Assembly: GCF_002087085.1 (NCBI RefSeq)
Contig: NZ_MWQY01000009.1
Coordinates: forward strand, 170,558-190,557
Direction of reading: 5' to 3'
Length of the DNA: 20,000 nucleotides
The notes under the pieces are model-generated. The model did no database searches. It was not told where the DNA came from and was given only the letters and a program-made list of their open reading frames with translations. Position 1 is the first letter of the stretch. Every line of letters starts with the position of its first letter. This document shows positions 7,374 to 15,964 of the stretch, piece by piece. Both the position numbers and the translations under genes were made by a program.

Positions 7374-8240
7374 CTATCTTTTCTGACGGGCCACAGCTAT
7401 CTGGGACCCGGCAATGGCTTCTATACCACGATTTCCCAGCTTGAAAGTCAGGACTATCGTCAATAAATCTATAATAACCAGCTGCAGGATTCTGGAGGTC
7501 ATTGCATCCGGTCGGTAGTTCATCTCGTTTGTACTGCTCAAGAGCTGTATGCTGGTAAGCTCCGACAGGGTGGAATGGGGATAACTGGTAATCGCCAGGG
7601 ACTCTCCTCCCTGCTCCAGCACCATCCGGCAGCAGTCCAGGAGCACTTCGCTCTCGCCTGAATGGGACACGAAAATAAAAAGGTCTCCCCTTTTTGCCTG
7701 CGCACTGTGTATCGCCATAATGTGGGGATCATGGCATACGGCGGCACTCAATCCGAGGCGGATAAGTTTATGAAAAAGATCTCCGGCAATATATGCCGAG
7801 GAACCGACTCCGAAAATAAAGAGTCGCGATGCATTCAGCACCTTCCCGGCGAAGGACTCCAGGTCCCGGTCAGAAATAAGACTCCTGATATCTTCAACTG
7901 CAGCTACCGTCGATGAGACAACCTTCTCTTTAATGCTTCCCACCGAATCATCGCTTTCGATATCCGACCAGGCATATTTGGGGGTTTCTTCCTGCAATCC
8001 CTGGGCAAGCTGCACGCGGAAGACCTGATAGGAAGCGAACCCGATCTTTCGCAGAAAGCGCATGATAGTGGTCTCGCTTGTGCCGCAGGTCGTAGCAAGA
8101 TCGGTAATTGACAGGTACATCGCCCGGTCGCTGTTCTTCAGAACGTAATCGGCGATTTTACGCTGTACCTCGCTGAGGCTATGGTAATTCCTGCGTATGG
8201 ATGAGGGAATATCGATGGCCTTGCGTTTTTCATTTTCCAT
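7374..8240 (-). CDS. MurR/RpiR-family transcriptional regulator (HTH + SIS phosphosugar-binding domain)
   Basis: N-terminal 'LSEVQRKIADYVL...SITDLA...SETTIMRF.RKIGF' HTH, with SIS motifs FGVGSS and SHSGES. Confidence 0.95.
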   Translation of the reverse strand: MENEKRKAIDIPSSIRRNYHSLSEVQRKIADYVLKNSDRAMYLSITDLATTCGTSETTIMRFLRKIGFASYQVFRVQLAQGLQEETPKYAWSDIESDDSVGSIKEKVVSSTVAAVEDIRSLISDRDLESFAGKVLNASRLFIFGVGSSAYIAGDLFHKLIRLGLSAAVCHDPHIMAIHSAQAKRGDLFIFVSHSGESEVLLDCCRMVLEQGGESLAITSYPHSTLSELTSIQLLSSTNEMNYRPDAMTSRILQLVIIDLLTIVLTFKLGNRGIEAIAGSQIAVARQKR

Positions 8241-8292
8241 AGTAGTAAATTATTTTCCCCTATTCTCTGATCGGCGTTTATTTCCTACCTTC

Positions 8293-8320
8293 AGTCTATC
8301 ACAGTTCAGTTTTCTGTCAA
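8293..8320 (-). promoter_or_regulatory. Sigma70 promoter of the rpiR operon (TTGACA-N16-TAGACT with extended -10 TG)
   Basis: Perfect -35 TTGACA (8320-8315) immediately after the upstream terminator U-tract. The -10 region reads TG-A-TAGACT, with the hexamer at 8298-8293. Confidence 0.7.
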
Positions 8321-8321
8321 T

Positions 8322-8351
8322 AAAAAAAGCGCCTCCCCGAAGGAAGGCGCT
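8322..8351 (-). terminator. Rho-independent terminator of the chvE-gguA-gguB operon
   Basis: The minus strand reads AGCGCCTTCC-TTCG-GGGAGGCGCT-TTTTTT: a 10-bp stem, C(UUCG)G tetraloop and U-run, 20 nt after the permease stop. Confidence 0.92.
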
Positions 8352-8371
8352 GGAAAACAGGCAGGGAAATC

Positions 8372-9559
8372 TTATTTACTGCCGATTTTGCGGGTTGTCA
8401 CGTCGAATATGACAGCCAGGGCAAGAACAGCACCCCGGACAATGTACTGAGCGGCGATATCAATTCCCATCAGGTTCATTCCCGATGTCAGGGAGGTATA
8501 GACTATTGCTCCGATCAGGGAACTGACAACCGAGCCTACACCTCCGGCGGCGGAAACACCACCGATATAGGCGGCTGCGATGGCATCGAGCTCAAAGAGC
8601 GTACCGGCGGTAGTAGTCGCAGATTGCAGCCTGGCGGCGAAGAGCATACCAGAAAGCCCGGAAAGCATACCCATGGAACCGAACACAATGAAGGTGATTT
8701 TCTTGACATTGATACCGGAAAGTTCAGCCGCCTCCGGATTTCCGCCCACAGCATAGATGTGACGTCCGAGAACGGTTTTTTTGGTAACAAAACTGTATAT
8801 GGCAACCACCAGGAGCACGATAACCAGCGTCCAGGACATCCCGTTATAGCCCGCAAGGATCCACGTTACGATTGCAATTATTACGGACATGAATACCATC
8901 TGCCCGATAAAGAGATGACGGGATACGGTCTCGAAGCCATAGAAAATTTTGGCTTTGCGTGCTCGTATCTTTGTTACAACGTTGAATCCGATAAGGAGAA
9001 GGCCGATAATAAGTGTCAGCTTATGCACTTCCGGAAGAAAAACATCCGAGGCAAAGATATCCGGAATAAAACCGTTACCCATGGCATTAAAGGTTGCGTT
9101 GGGGATTATAATGGTGCCTGTCTTCAGGGTGGCAAGAAGCAGTGCGCCGCGATAGATAAGCCAGCCGGCCAGGGAGGCAACAAATGCCGGAATACCGAGC
9201 TGTGCCACCGGATAGGCGGTAATAAGCCCTGCGACAATACCGAGAACCAGGATCATGGGAATGACAATCCATATGGGCAGATGCCAGAAAACCATACCTA
9301 TGGCGGCTATGGCCCCCAGAAACCCCGATAAAAACCCCACCGAGAGGTCTATATGCCGGATAACGATTACCAGGGTCACACCAATCGCCAGAACGGCAAG
9401 ATAGCCCGTCTGATTGAGAAGATTCGATATATTCCTGGAGGATAAAAATATTCCGTCCGTGGCTACACCGAATATCAGAAAAATGATAAACAGGGCTATG
9501 TACATTCCGTAATCACGGATATTTCTTTTTAATTCAGTTTTCAGTTCATTGAGAATCAT
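8372..9559 (-). CDS. gguB: Multiple-monosaccharide ABC transporter permease (GguB/MmsB/XylH type)
   Basis: Motifs HIDLSVG, IPAFVASLAG, GRHIYAVGGNPEAAELSGI and FELDAIAAAYIGG, with multiple TM helices. Confidence 0.9.
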   Translation of the reverse strand: MILNELKTELKRNIRDYGMYIALFIIFLIFGVATDGIFLSSRNISNLLNQTGYLAVLAIGVTLVIVIRHIDLSVGFLSGFLGAIAAIGMVFWHLPIWIVIPMILVLGIVAGLITAYPVAQLGIPAFVASLAGWLIYRGALLLATLKTGTIIIPNATFNAMGNGFIPDIFASDVFLPEVHKLTLIIGLLLIGFNVVTKIRARKAKIFYGFETVSRHLFIGQMVFMSVIIAIVTWILAGYNGMSWTLVIVLLVVAIYSFVTKKTVLGRHIYAVGGNPEAAELSGINVKKITFIVFGSMGMLSGLSGMLFAARLQSATTTAGTLFELDAIAAAYIGGVSAAGGVGSVVSSLIGAIVYTSLTSGMNLMGIDIAAQYIVRGAVLALAVIFDVTTRKIGSK

Positions 9560-9572
9560 GAACTCCTCCTTC

Positions 9573-11096
9573 CTAGTTGGTTGCCAGATGCATTATTTTT
9601 TCCTGGGTCGCCTCTTCTACAGGAAGCTCCCCGGTTATCCGTCCTTCAGAGACGACATATATTCTATCGCTCATACCAAGAACCTCAGGCAGTTCGGAGG
9701 AGATCATAATAATGCTCATCCCCTCGGCAACCAGTTTGTTCATAATGGTATAGATCTCGTATTTCGCGCCAACATCTATTCCCCTGGTCGGTTCATCCAG
9801 GATCAGAACATGGGGTTTTACAAATAACCACTTGGCCACCTGGACCTTCTGCTGATTACCTCCGGAGAGCTTCATAACCTGCTGTTCGAGACTTGGGGTC
9901 TTGATGTTCAAAGCTTCCCGGTATTCCCCGGCTATCTTGACCTCTGCGTTATCATCCACAATGCTGTTCTTTGCCAGAGCCTTCAGGTTGGCCAGAGTGA
10001 CATTCTGCTTAACGTCCTGGATCAACACCAGACCGTTCTTCTTACGGTCCTCCGACACATAGGCGATACCCGCCTTTATCGCGTCTTCGGGATGGGAAAA
10101 ACGAACATTCTTCTTGTTCAGACTCATCTCGCCTTCCAGACGGTAATGATCCGGATTCCCGAAGATACTGCGGGCGAGTTCCGTTCGTCCGGACCCCATG
10201 AGGCCTGCAAATCCGATTATCTCTCCCTTTTTGACATTGAAGCTTACGTCCTTTAAATCATAACGTCCGGTTCTTGCATTGTAGGCTGTCCAGTCTCGAA
10301 CCTCCAGAACGAGATCGTCTTCGACCTTGTGTTCACGTCGTGGAAATACGTTGTTTATTTCCCGGCCAACCATATGTTTGATCAGAACACCCTCCGAAAC
10401 CTCACCGGCCTTGGCATCCAGGGTGCAGATAGTCTGTCCATCCCGAAGAACAGTCACGGTGTCGGCAATACGGATTACCTCTTTCAGTTTGTGACTGATC
10501 ATGATGCTCGTTACACCCTGATTCTTTAAATCCTTGATCAGGTTCAGAAGATTATCGCAGTCGTCCTCGTTCAGGGCCGCTGTCGGCTCGTCGAGGATCA
10601 GGAGCCGCACATCCCGGCTGAGGGCCTTTGCGATCTCCACAAGCTGCTGCCGCCCCACCCCCAGATCCTTGACTTTGGTGTCCGGATTTATCTTGAGCCC
10701 GACTTTTTTAAGAGCCACTTCCGCCTGCTTTATGGTTTCGTTCCAGTTAACCAGGCCCCCTGAAGCCAGTTCGTGCCCCAGAAAAATGTTTTCATAGACC
10801 GTCATCTCCGGAACAAGAGCAAGCTCCTGATAGATAATGGCTATTCCTGTTTTCTCGCTGTCACTGATGTGTCGGAAGGTTTGTTCCTTCCCATCAAAAA
10901 TGATAGATCCCTCATACGAACCATGGGGATGCACACCGCTGAGAACCTTCATAAGGGTCGATTTTCCGGCCCCGTTCTCCCCTACTAAACAGTGAATTTC
11001 ACCTTCTTCAACTGCGAAGCTTACCCTGTCCAGGGCCCTGACCCCGGGAAAGGTCTTGGTAATCTCGCGCATTTCAAGGATCTTTTTTCCACCCAT
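9573..11096 (-). CDS. gguA: Multiple-monosaccharide ABC transporter ATP-binding protein, two ABC domains (GguA/MmsA type)
   Basis: Walker A GENGAGKST, 'LSGVHPHGSYEG', LILDEPTAAL, LSGGNQQK and LDEPTRGIDVGAKYEIY. Confidence 0.92.
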   Translation of the reverse strand: MGGKKILEMREITKTFPGVRALDRVSFAVEEGEIHCLVGENGAGKSTLMKVLSGVHPHGSYEGSIIFDGKEQTFRHISDSEKTGIAIIYQELALVPEMTVYENIFLGHELASGGLVNWNETIKQAEVALKKVGLKINPDTKVKDLGVGRQQLVEIAKALSRDVRLLILDEPTAALNEDDCDNLLNLIKDLKNQGVTSIMISHKLKEVIRIADTVTVLRDGQTICTLDAKAGEVSEGVLIKHMVGREINNVFPRREHKVEDDLVLEVRDWTAYNARTGRYDLKDVSFNVKKGEIIGFAGLMGSGRTELARSIFGNPDHYRLEGEMSLNKKNVRFSHPEDAIKAGIAYVSEDRKKNGLVLIQDVKQNVTLANLKALAKNSIVDDNAEVKIAGEYREALNIKTPSLEQQVMKLSGGNQQKVQVAKWLFVKPHVLILDEPTRGIDVGAKYEIYTIMNKLVAEGMSIIMISSELPEVLGMSDRIYVVSEGRITGELPVEEATQEKIMHLATN

Positions 11097-11161
11097 CTGA
11101 TCCTCCTCTTTCTCAGAATATTATACCGTATCCCCATGAAAAGTGGCTGAATATTAAGAAG

Positions 11162-11190
11162 ACAGGCGATGGTTTATGGCCATCGCCTGT
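11162..11190 (-). terminator. Perfect 11-bp stem-loop after the binding-protein gene (partial terminator or mRNA stabiliser)
   Basis: The minus strand reads ACAGGCGATGG-CCATAAA-CCATCGCCTGT, followed by the imperfect U-tract CTTCTTAAT. Confidence 0.7.
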
Positions 11191-11222
11191 ACTTTCAACT
11201 TTAATTAATCAGCTCCAACCTA

Positions 11223-12335
11223 TCACAGGCCGGTAAAATCGGAGGCCTTGTAGTAACCGCTGTCGATCAATACTTCTTTAAGGTTGTCTTGTGTAACTGT
11301 AATAACCTCGGATTGAATGGCAAGTACATCGGTGGCACCATTGTCATACACACCGTAGGCCAGAGGTTTCTTTCCTTCGAGAATGGCCACTGCGGCGCTG
11401 ATAGCGTCTTTTACCAGGGTACGGACATCCTTGAAAACAGTCATGGACTGCTTGCCGTCGATTATGTACTGAATTGATGCCTTCTCTGCGTCCTGACCGG
11501 AAATGTAGTACTTTGTAACATCCGGATCAGCGGCAAATGCATCGGCGATTGCACGGGCGGTTCCGTCATTGGGAGCTGCTATAAATACCTCGCCCTTGGC
11601 ATCGGGACCAACGGAAGTCAGGTTTGCCTCTGCGAGGTTTTTCGCAACGTTGAAATCCCAGTTGGTGGTAACCTGACCGATAATTTTGCCCATCTCTTCG
11701 CGGGTAAGGTTCTGTTTGCCGCTCAGGGCTACAGCCTCGGAAGAATTGCGGATAACAAAGGTACCGTCGGCAATCCTGGGCTGAAGAATATTCCAGGCTC
11801 CTTCGAAGAAGAGGAAGGCGTTGTTGTCCGTGGCAGCACCGGCATAGAGATACAGGTTGTTATTCTTGCCCTTGGCATTGTCCACCAGATACTGACCAAA
11901 CTGTTCACCAACGGTAATACTGTCGAAGGTTACGTAGTAATCAACATTTGCAGTTCCGGTAATCAGGCGGTCGTAGGAGATAACACTCGCACCGGAGCGT
12001 TTCGCTTCGTCAGCGGCAGCGGCAGCGGCGGCACCGTCATGGGGACATATAATAAGGACCTTGATTCCCTTGGAAAGCAGGGCTTCCACATTCGCCCGTT
12101 CCCTGGCGGGGTCTCCCTGGCTGAAGAGGATCTCTACAGAATAGCCGGCCTTATCGAGGGCTTCCCTGAACCGGGCCTCATCCTGCAGCCATCGGGGTTC
12201 ATCCTTGGTTGGCAGAACAATACCTACAGCCAGATCTGAATCACCCTTGGACTCCTTTTCACCTCCAGCAAAGAGAGTACCTCCCATTCCAAAAAGAACT
12301 GAGAGAATCAGCAAAAACAATACAATACGCTTCAT
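11223..12335 (-). CDS. chvE: ChvE-like multiple-monosaccharide-binding periplasmic protein (CUT2)
   Basis: Motifs GIVLPTKDEPRW, ISYDRLI, YYVTFD, DNNAFLFFEGA, APNDGTA, GQDAE and QSMTVFKD. Signal peptide ends LFA|GGEKE. SD AAGGAGG. Confidence 0.88.
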   Translation of the reverse strand: MKRIVLFLLILSVLFGMGGTLFAGGEKESKGDSDLAVGIVLPTKDEPRWLQDEARFREALDKAGYSVEILFSQGDPARERANVEALLSKGIKVLIICPHDGAAAAAAADEAKRSGASVISYDRLITGTANVDYYVTFDSITVGEQFGQYLVDNAKGKNNNLYLYAGAATDNNAFLFFEGAWNILQPRIADGTFVIRNSSEAVALSGKQNLTREEMGKIIGQVTTNWDFNVAKNLAEANLTSVGPDAKGEVFIAAPNDGTARAIADAFAADPDVTKYYISGQDAEKASIQYIIDGKQSMTVFKDVRTLVKDAISAAVAILEGKKPLAYGVYDNGATDVLAIQSEVITVTQDNLKEVLIDSGYYKASDFTGL

Positions 12336-12365
12336 GAAAACCTCCTTAGCGTTTACGTATACATA

Positions 12366-12382
12366 AGCAAACAGCGTGCCAG
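12366..12382 (-). promoter_or_regulatory. Sigma54 (RpoN) -24/-12 promoter for the chvE-gguA-gguB operon
   Basis: The minus strand reads CTGGCACGCTGTTTGCT, a full match to YTGGCACG-N4-TTGCW. It lies 30 nt upstream of the chvE ATG and directly downstream of a sigma54 activator gene. Confidence 0.93.
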
Positions 12383-12463
12383 AACAGCAGAGGTTTTCAG
12401 AAGACGTTCTAATTCATTATAATATATGCAATTGCGAGTTCTGATCGGTAGTATCGGAAGTTC

Positions 12464-12515
12464 AGTGCCGCATTCCCCCCGGTGCTTATGAACCACCATG
12501 CGGTGGAAATGCACC
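12464..12515. promoter_or_regulatory. Candidate upstream activator sequences (tandem GTG-N9-CAC-like dyads)
   Basis: AGTG-N9-CCCC (12464-12480), GGTG-N9-CACC (12481-12497) and TGCG-N9-CACC (12499-12515), about 80-135 bp upstream of the -24 box. Confidence 0.35.
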
Positions 12516-13874
12516 AGGTTCGATACCGTATTTTTTCAGCCGGTAGCGCATGGTATTCCTGGAGACACCCAGACGCCGGGCAGCGGCACTTATATTGCCG
12601 TCACAGGCATCCAGGGCGGACAGGAGCACCTTTTTTTCCATTTCATGAAGGGTTCGTTCCTTTCCGGTGAGAAACTCCACCTCCCCGGCAGAATCGAATA
12701 CAGGATAGGGCTCCCGGGTAATGTCTGCAGGCAGATCCTTGGCTTCGATCACGGAGCCGGAAGAAAGTACGACGCAGCGTTCAATTACATTCTTCAGCTC
12801 CCGGACATTTCCCGGCCAATGATAGGATTCCAGGGCCCGGAGGGCAGCATCCGTCAGATACCGCTCATCCAGTCCAAAATCCACAACAAAGGTATCGAGA
12901 AAATACTCAGCCAGGGGAGCAATATCTTCCCGGCGTTTTCGCAGGGGCGGCAGTTCCAGGTGAAAGGTATTAATGCGATAGAAAAGGTCCCGCCGGAATT
13001 TCCCCTCTTCAACCAGCTGCTCGAGGTTCCGGTTGGTGGCACATACAATACGGGTACGAATTTTTACCGGACGGTTCGATCCCAGGGGTTCGATGGTTTT
13101 GTTCTCCAGCATACGCAGAAGCTTGGGCTGGATGGAGAGGGGAAGATCACCAATCTCATCGAGAAAAAGGGTACCCCCCTCGGCCATACGAACCTTTCCT
13201 TCGAAATCGTCATCCGCTCCGGTAAAGGCCCCTTTCTTGTAGCCAAAAAGTTCCGACTCCAGAAGGCTCTCTGGAACCGCGGGGCAGTTTATACTGATAA
13301 ACGGCAGATCCTCATCCCCCTGGTACACCGAATGAAGAGCACGGGCTACTACCTCCTTACCGCTGCCGCTCTCCCCGGTGAGCAGTACCGGCGAGGAGAT
13401 ACGCCCGATTTTTCGCAGAGTTTCGGCAATATCCCGCATAAGGGGAGAACGAAAGATAACCGTAAGCTCTTTCTGGTCGTCTCTGAGGGCAGTATTCTCC
13501 CTTTTAAGCTTGTCCAGCTGCCAGAGCCGGTTGACTGTGTGCAGAATGAGTTCCTTGTTGAAGGGCTTGGTAATAAAATCAACCGCTCCCATCTTCATGG
13601 CTTCCACCGCCCGTTCAATGGTTCCGTAGGCGGAGACCAGAACGAAGGGGAGCCAGGGTTTACGAAGCTTGATCTCCTCCAGAAGAGCGATGCCGTCCAT
13701 TCCGGGCATTTTCAGATCCGAAACCACAAGATCAATCTCCTGATGCCTGTCAATCAGGTCAAGAGCCTGGATGCCATCCGCCGCTGTCAGAGTTGAATAT
13801 CCGTGGGATTCAAACAGAATCTTCAGCACGGTCTGCATGTTCAATTCGTCGTCAACAATAAGAATGGTTTTCAT
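12486..13874 (-). CDS. Sigma54-dependent two-component response regulator (NtrC/AtoC family: REC-AAA+-Fis HTH)
   Basis: REC residues VDDE, SDLKMPG, SAY and KP. Walker A GESGSGKE, ESELFG, GAFTGA, Walker B FLDEIG, FRRDLFYR, WPGNVREL and HTH NISAAARRLGVSRNTMRYRL. ATGA overlap with the kinase. Confidence 0.97.
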   Translation of the reverse strand: MKTILIVDDELNMQTVLKILFESHGYSTLTAADGIQALDLIDRHQEIDLVVSDLKMPGMDGIALLEEIKLRKPWLPFVLVSAYGTIERAVEAMKMGAVDFITKPFNKELILHTVNRLWQLDKLKRENTALRDDQKELTVIFRSPLMRDIAETLRKIGRISSPVLLTGESGSGKEVVARALHSVYQGDEDLPFISINCPAVPESLLESELFGYKKGAFTGADDDFEGKVRMAEGGTLFLDEIGDLPLSIQPKLLRMLENKTIEPLGSNRPVKIRTRIVCATNRNLEQLVEEGKFRRDLFYRINTFHLELPPLRKRREDIAPLAEYFLDTFVVDFGLDERYLTDAALRALESYHWPGNVRELKNVIERCVVLSSGSVIEAKDLPADITREPYPVFDSAGEVEFLTGKERTLHEMEKKVLLSALDACDGNISAAARRLGVSRNTMRYRLKKYGIEPGAFPPHGGS

Positions 13875-15964
13875 GTCAAATCCTGGAGTACAACGGTAAA
13901 GGTGCTTCCCGTTCCGGGAGTCGAATCTACATAAATAGAACCGTTATGTTCCTGTACAATTCTATGGACAATGGACAGGCCGAGGCCCGTCCCCTTGTTT
14001 TTCATGGTGAAAAAGGGATTGAAGATATTCCGGAGCGTTTCCTGATCCATTCCACAGCCCTGATCACTGATGCTGATTTTCAGAGTCTCATCGCTGGAAC
14101 CCACCTTAATAAGGACAACTCCTTCTTCGCTGGCCTCAAGGGCATTCTGAACAAGATTTCTGACCACCTGCTCCATAAGATCCTTGTCCAGATTGCGCAA
14201 GGGAATCCCGGAATCGATATCCACCTTAACGGCAACCCCTGGGTATTTATCCAGGGGCAACAGGGACAAAGCGGATCTTACAATATCTTCGATACTGCAT
14301 TTGGCCCGGTTAATCTGCAGAGGCCGGGCAAAATCAAGAAAATTCTGGATTATATAGTTGAGACTGTCAATCTCGCTTACCAGCAATCTGGTTAGCTCCT
14401 TGTACTGTTCTGCATGTTTAAGCTGTTCCTTCCCAAAATTGTCCCGCAGGATCTCCGCGGAAACCTTCATGATGGCCAGGGGGTTCCGTATCTGATGAGC
14501 CACCCCGGCCACCATTTCTCCAATGGCGGCCAGACGCTGGGATACCAGCAGCTGCTCCTCCAACTTCTTTATCTGGGTAATATCCGAAATCACCGCAATA
14601 ACCCCGAGCTCCTCTCCTGCTCCATCCGAGAAGGGCGAAGTCGAGACATTCAGAATTTCTTCACGGCCATCATAAATAAGCCGGCACTCCTTGAGGGTCA
14701 CATACTCTCCCTGATGTATTCCCTGCCGAATGAGATCCTTTACCTCCTGGGGAAGTACCGCCATCTCCAGGTCAAGGGGAAGGCCGCTCTCGCCGTCCAT
14801 ATGAACCATGCTGCTGGCGGCGGCGTTACAGGCGTTGATCAGTCCGTCATGGCCGACGGTTATAATCCCCGACCGTACATTGTTGAGAATCAGTTCATTA
14901 TAATTGGCTAGCGCCGTCAATTCCCGGTCCCGGTTCTGCAAATTTATACGCATCCTGTTAACAGACTCAACCAGATCGCCGAACTCATCCCCCGAGGTCT
15001 GCTGAATAGGATACGAAAAATCACCATTGCCGATCCGGGCTACCCCCTCCTGCAACGCTGTATAGGGCTGCAGAAAGGATTGCCGGTAAAAAAGAATACT
15101 CAGCATCAGCGCTATTGCCAGAACCAGCACGGTAAGGAAAATGGCGAGCCTGTTATAGTCCCTGATGTTCTTGCGGGACTCACCCATGTCAAGCAGACAG
15201 AGAAGACGACCGTGGGGAGTACCCAGACTCTCGATGGTTGAAACCCCAAGAAGATAATCACCCACACTAATCACATCCCGGGTGGTCATCGTATTGGCAC
15301 GCCTGAGCATCCGGGACCACTCGCCATTACTCAACGTAAAGGCGTGGACGGCCCGGGCCGGGAACTGTACATAGGCGATGGAATTACTGTTGCGCTGCAG
15401 CCGGTCCATAAACTGATAATCCAGGGCAATCCTGGCTCCGATCATACCGATGACCTGTTCCTCCCGGACAATCTGAGCCACACTCCACAAGTACATTCCG
15501 GTGCCGTCATCATGCAGAAAACTCTGCAGCCCCTGTTTATATGCCCTGGCAACAATACCGATCAGGGCATCGTCGGGGGGCTTTTCGGTGGACTCGTCTA
15601 CGGCCAGAAGGTTTCCCGCATCGACGAAAACGAAAATACCGTTAAGATCCAGGGCCCGATTGAAAAGGGAGAGCTCCCGCCGAAGGAGATTCCTGAGACG
15701 GAATTCCGCATACTCAATGACATTTTTCTGACCCGAAAGCAGGCTCACCTTGTTATTCAGATCATCCTGTACCTGCATCATGAAGGAATCGATATTCTCA
15801 ATGGCTATAGACATCTGTCCACGAAAACTGTCGATGGTACTCCGGGATATAAGCATGTACATGCCTATCTGGGTGAGGATCCCCTGAAAAAGAACGATGG
15901 CAATAAAAGAGAGGGCCACCTTGGTGGAAATCTTTACCTTTCCCCGTTTTATAAAGGGAATCAT
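13871..15964 (-). CDS. Membrane sensor histidine kinase (TM-periplasmic domain-TM-HAMP-PAS-HisKA-HATPase)
   Basis: Two hydrophobic segments flank an extracytoplasmic region of about 230 aa. HAMP 'GDEFGDLVESVNRM', PAS 'ILNNVRSGIITV...NAAA', H-box AGVAHQIRNPL, and N, G1, F and G2 boxes (NLVQNA, DQGCGM, FNPFF, GTGLGL). ATGA overlaps at both ends. Confidence 0.96.
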   Translation of the reverse strand: MIPFIKRGKVKISTKVALSFIAIVLFQGILTQIGMYMLISRSTIDSFRGQMSIAIENIDSFMMQVQDDLNNKVSLLSGQKNVIEYAEFRLRNLLRRELSLFNRALDLNGIFVFVDAGNLLAVDESTEKPPDDALIGIVARAYKQGLQSFLHDDGTGMYLWSVAQIVREEQVIGMIGARIALDYQFMDRLQRNSNSIAYVQFPARAVHAFTLSNGEWSRMLRRANTMTTRDVISVGDYLLGVSTIESLGTPHGRLLCLLDMGESRKNIRDYNRLAIFLTVLVLAIALMLSILFYRQSFLQPYTALQEGVARIGNGDFSYPIQQTSGDEFGDLVESVNRMRINLQNRDRELTALANYNELILNNVRSGIITVGHDGLINACNAAASSMVHMDGESGLPLDLEMAVLPQEVKDLIRQGIHQGEYVTLKECRLIYDGREEILNVSTSPFSDGAGEELGVIAVISDITQIKKLEEQLLVSQRLAAIGEMVAGVAHQIRNPLAIMKVSAEILRDNFGKEQLKHAEQYKELTRLLVSEIDSLNYIIQNFLDFARPLQINRAKCSIEDIVRSALSLLPLDKYPGVAVKVDIDSGIPLRNLDKDLMEQVVRNLVQNALEASEEGVVLIKVGSSDETLKISISDQGCGMDQETLRNIFNPFFTMKNKGTGLGLSIVHRIVQEHNGSIYVDSTPGTGSTFTVVLQDLT

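Noticed and set aside
12011..12033. GCN-codon repeat encoding a poly-Ala run in ChvE
   Set aside because: It is an in-frame Ala-rich helix, not a tandem repeat array.
12498..13796. 432-aa plus-strand ORF antisense to the sigma54 regulator
   Set aside because: It lies wholly within a motif-complete gene on the other strand, in codon register with it. It has no recognisable motifs, and such shadow ORFs arise from codon bias.
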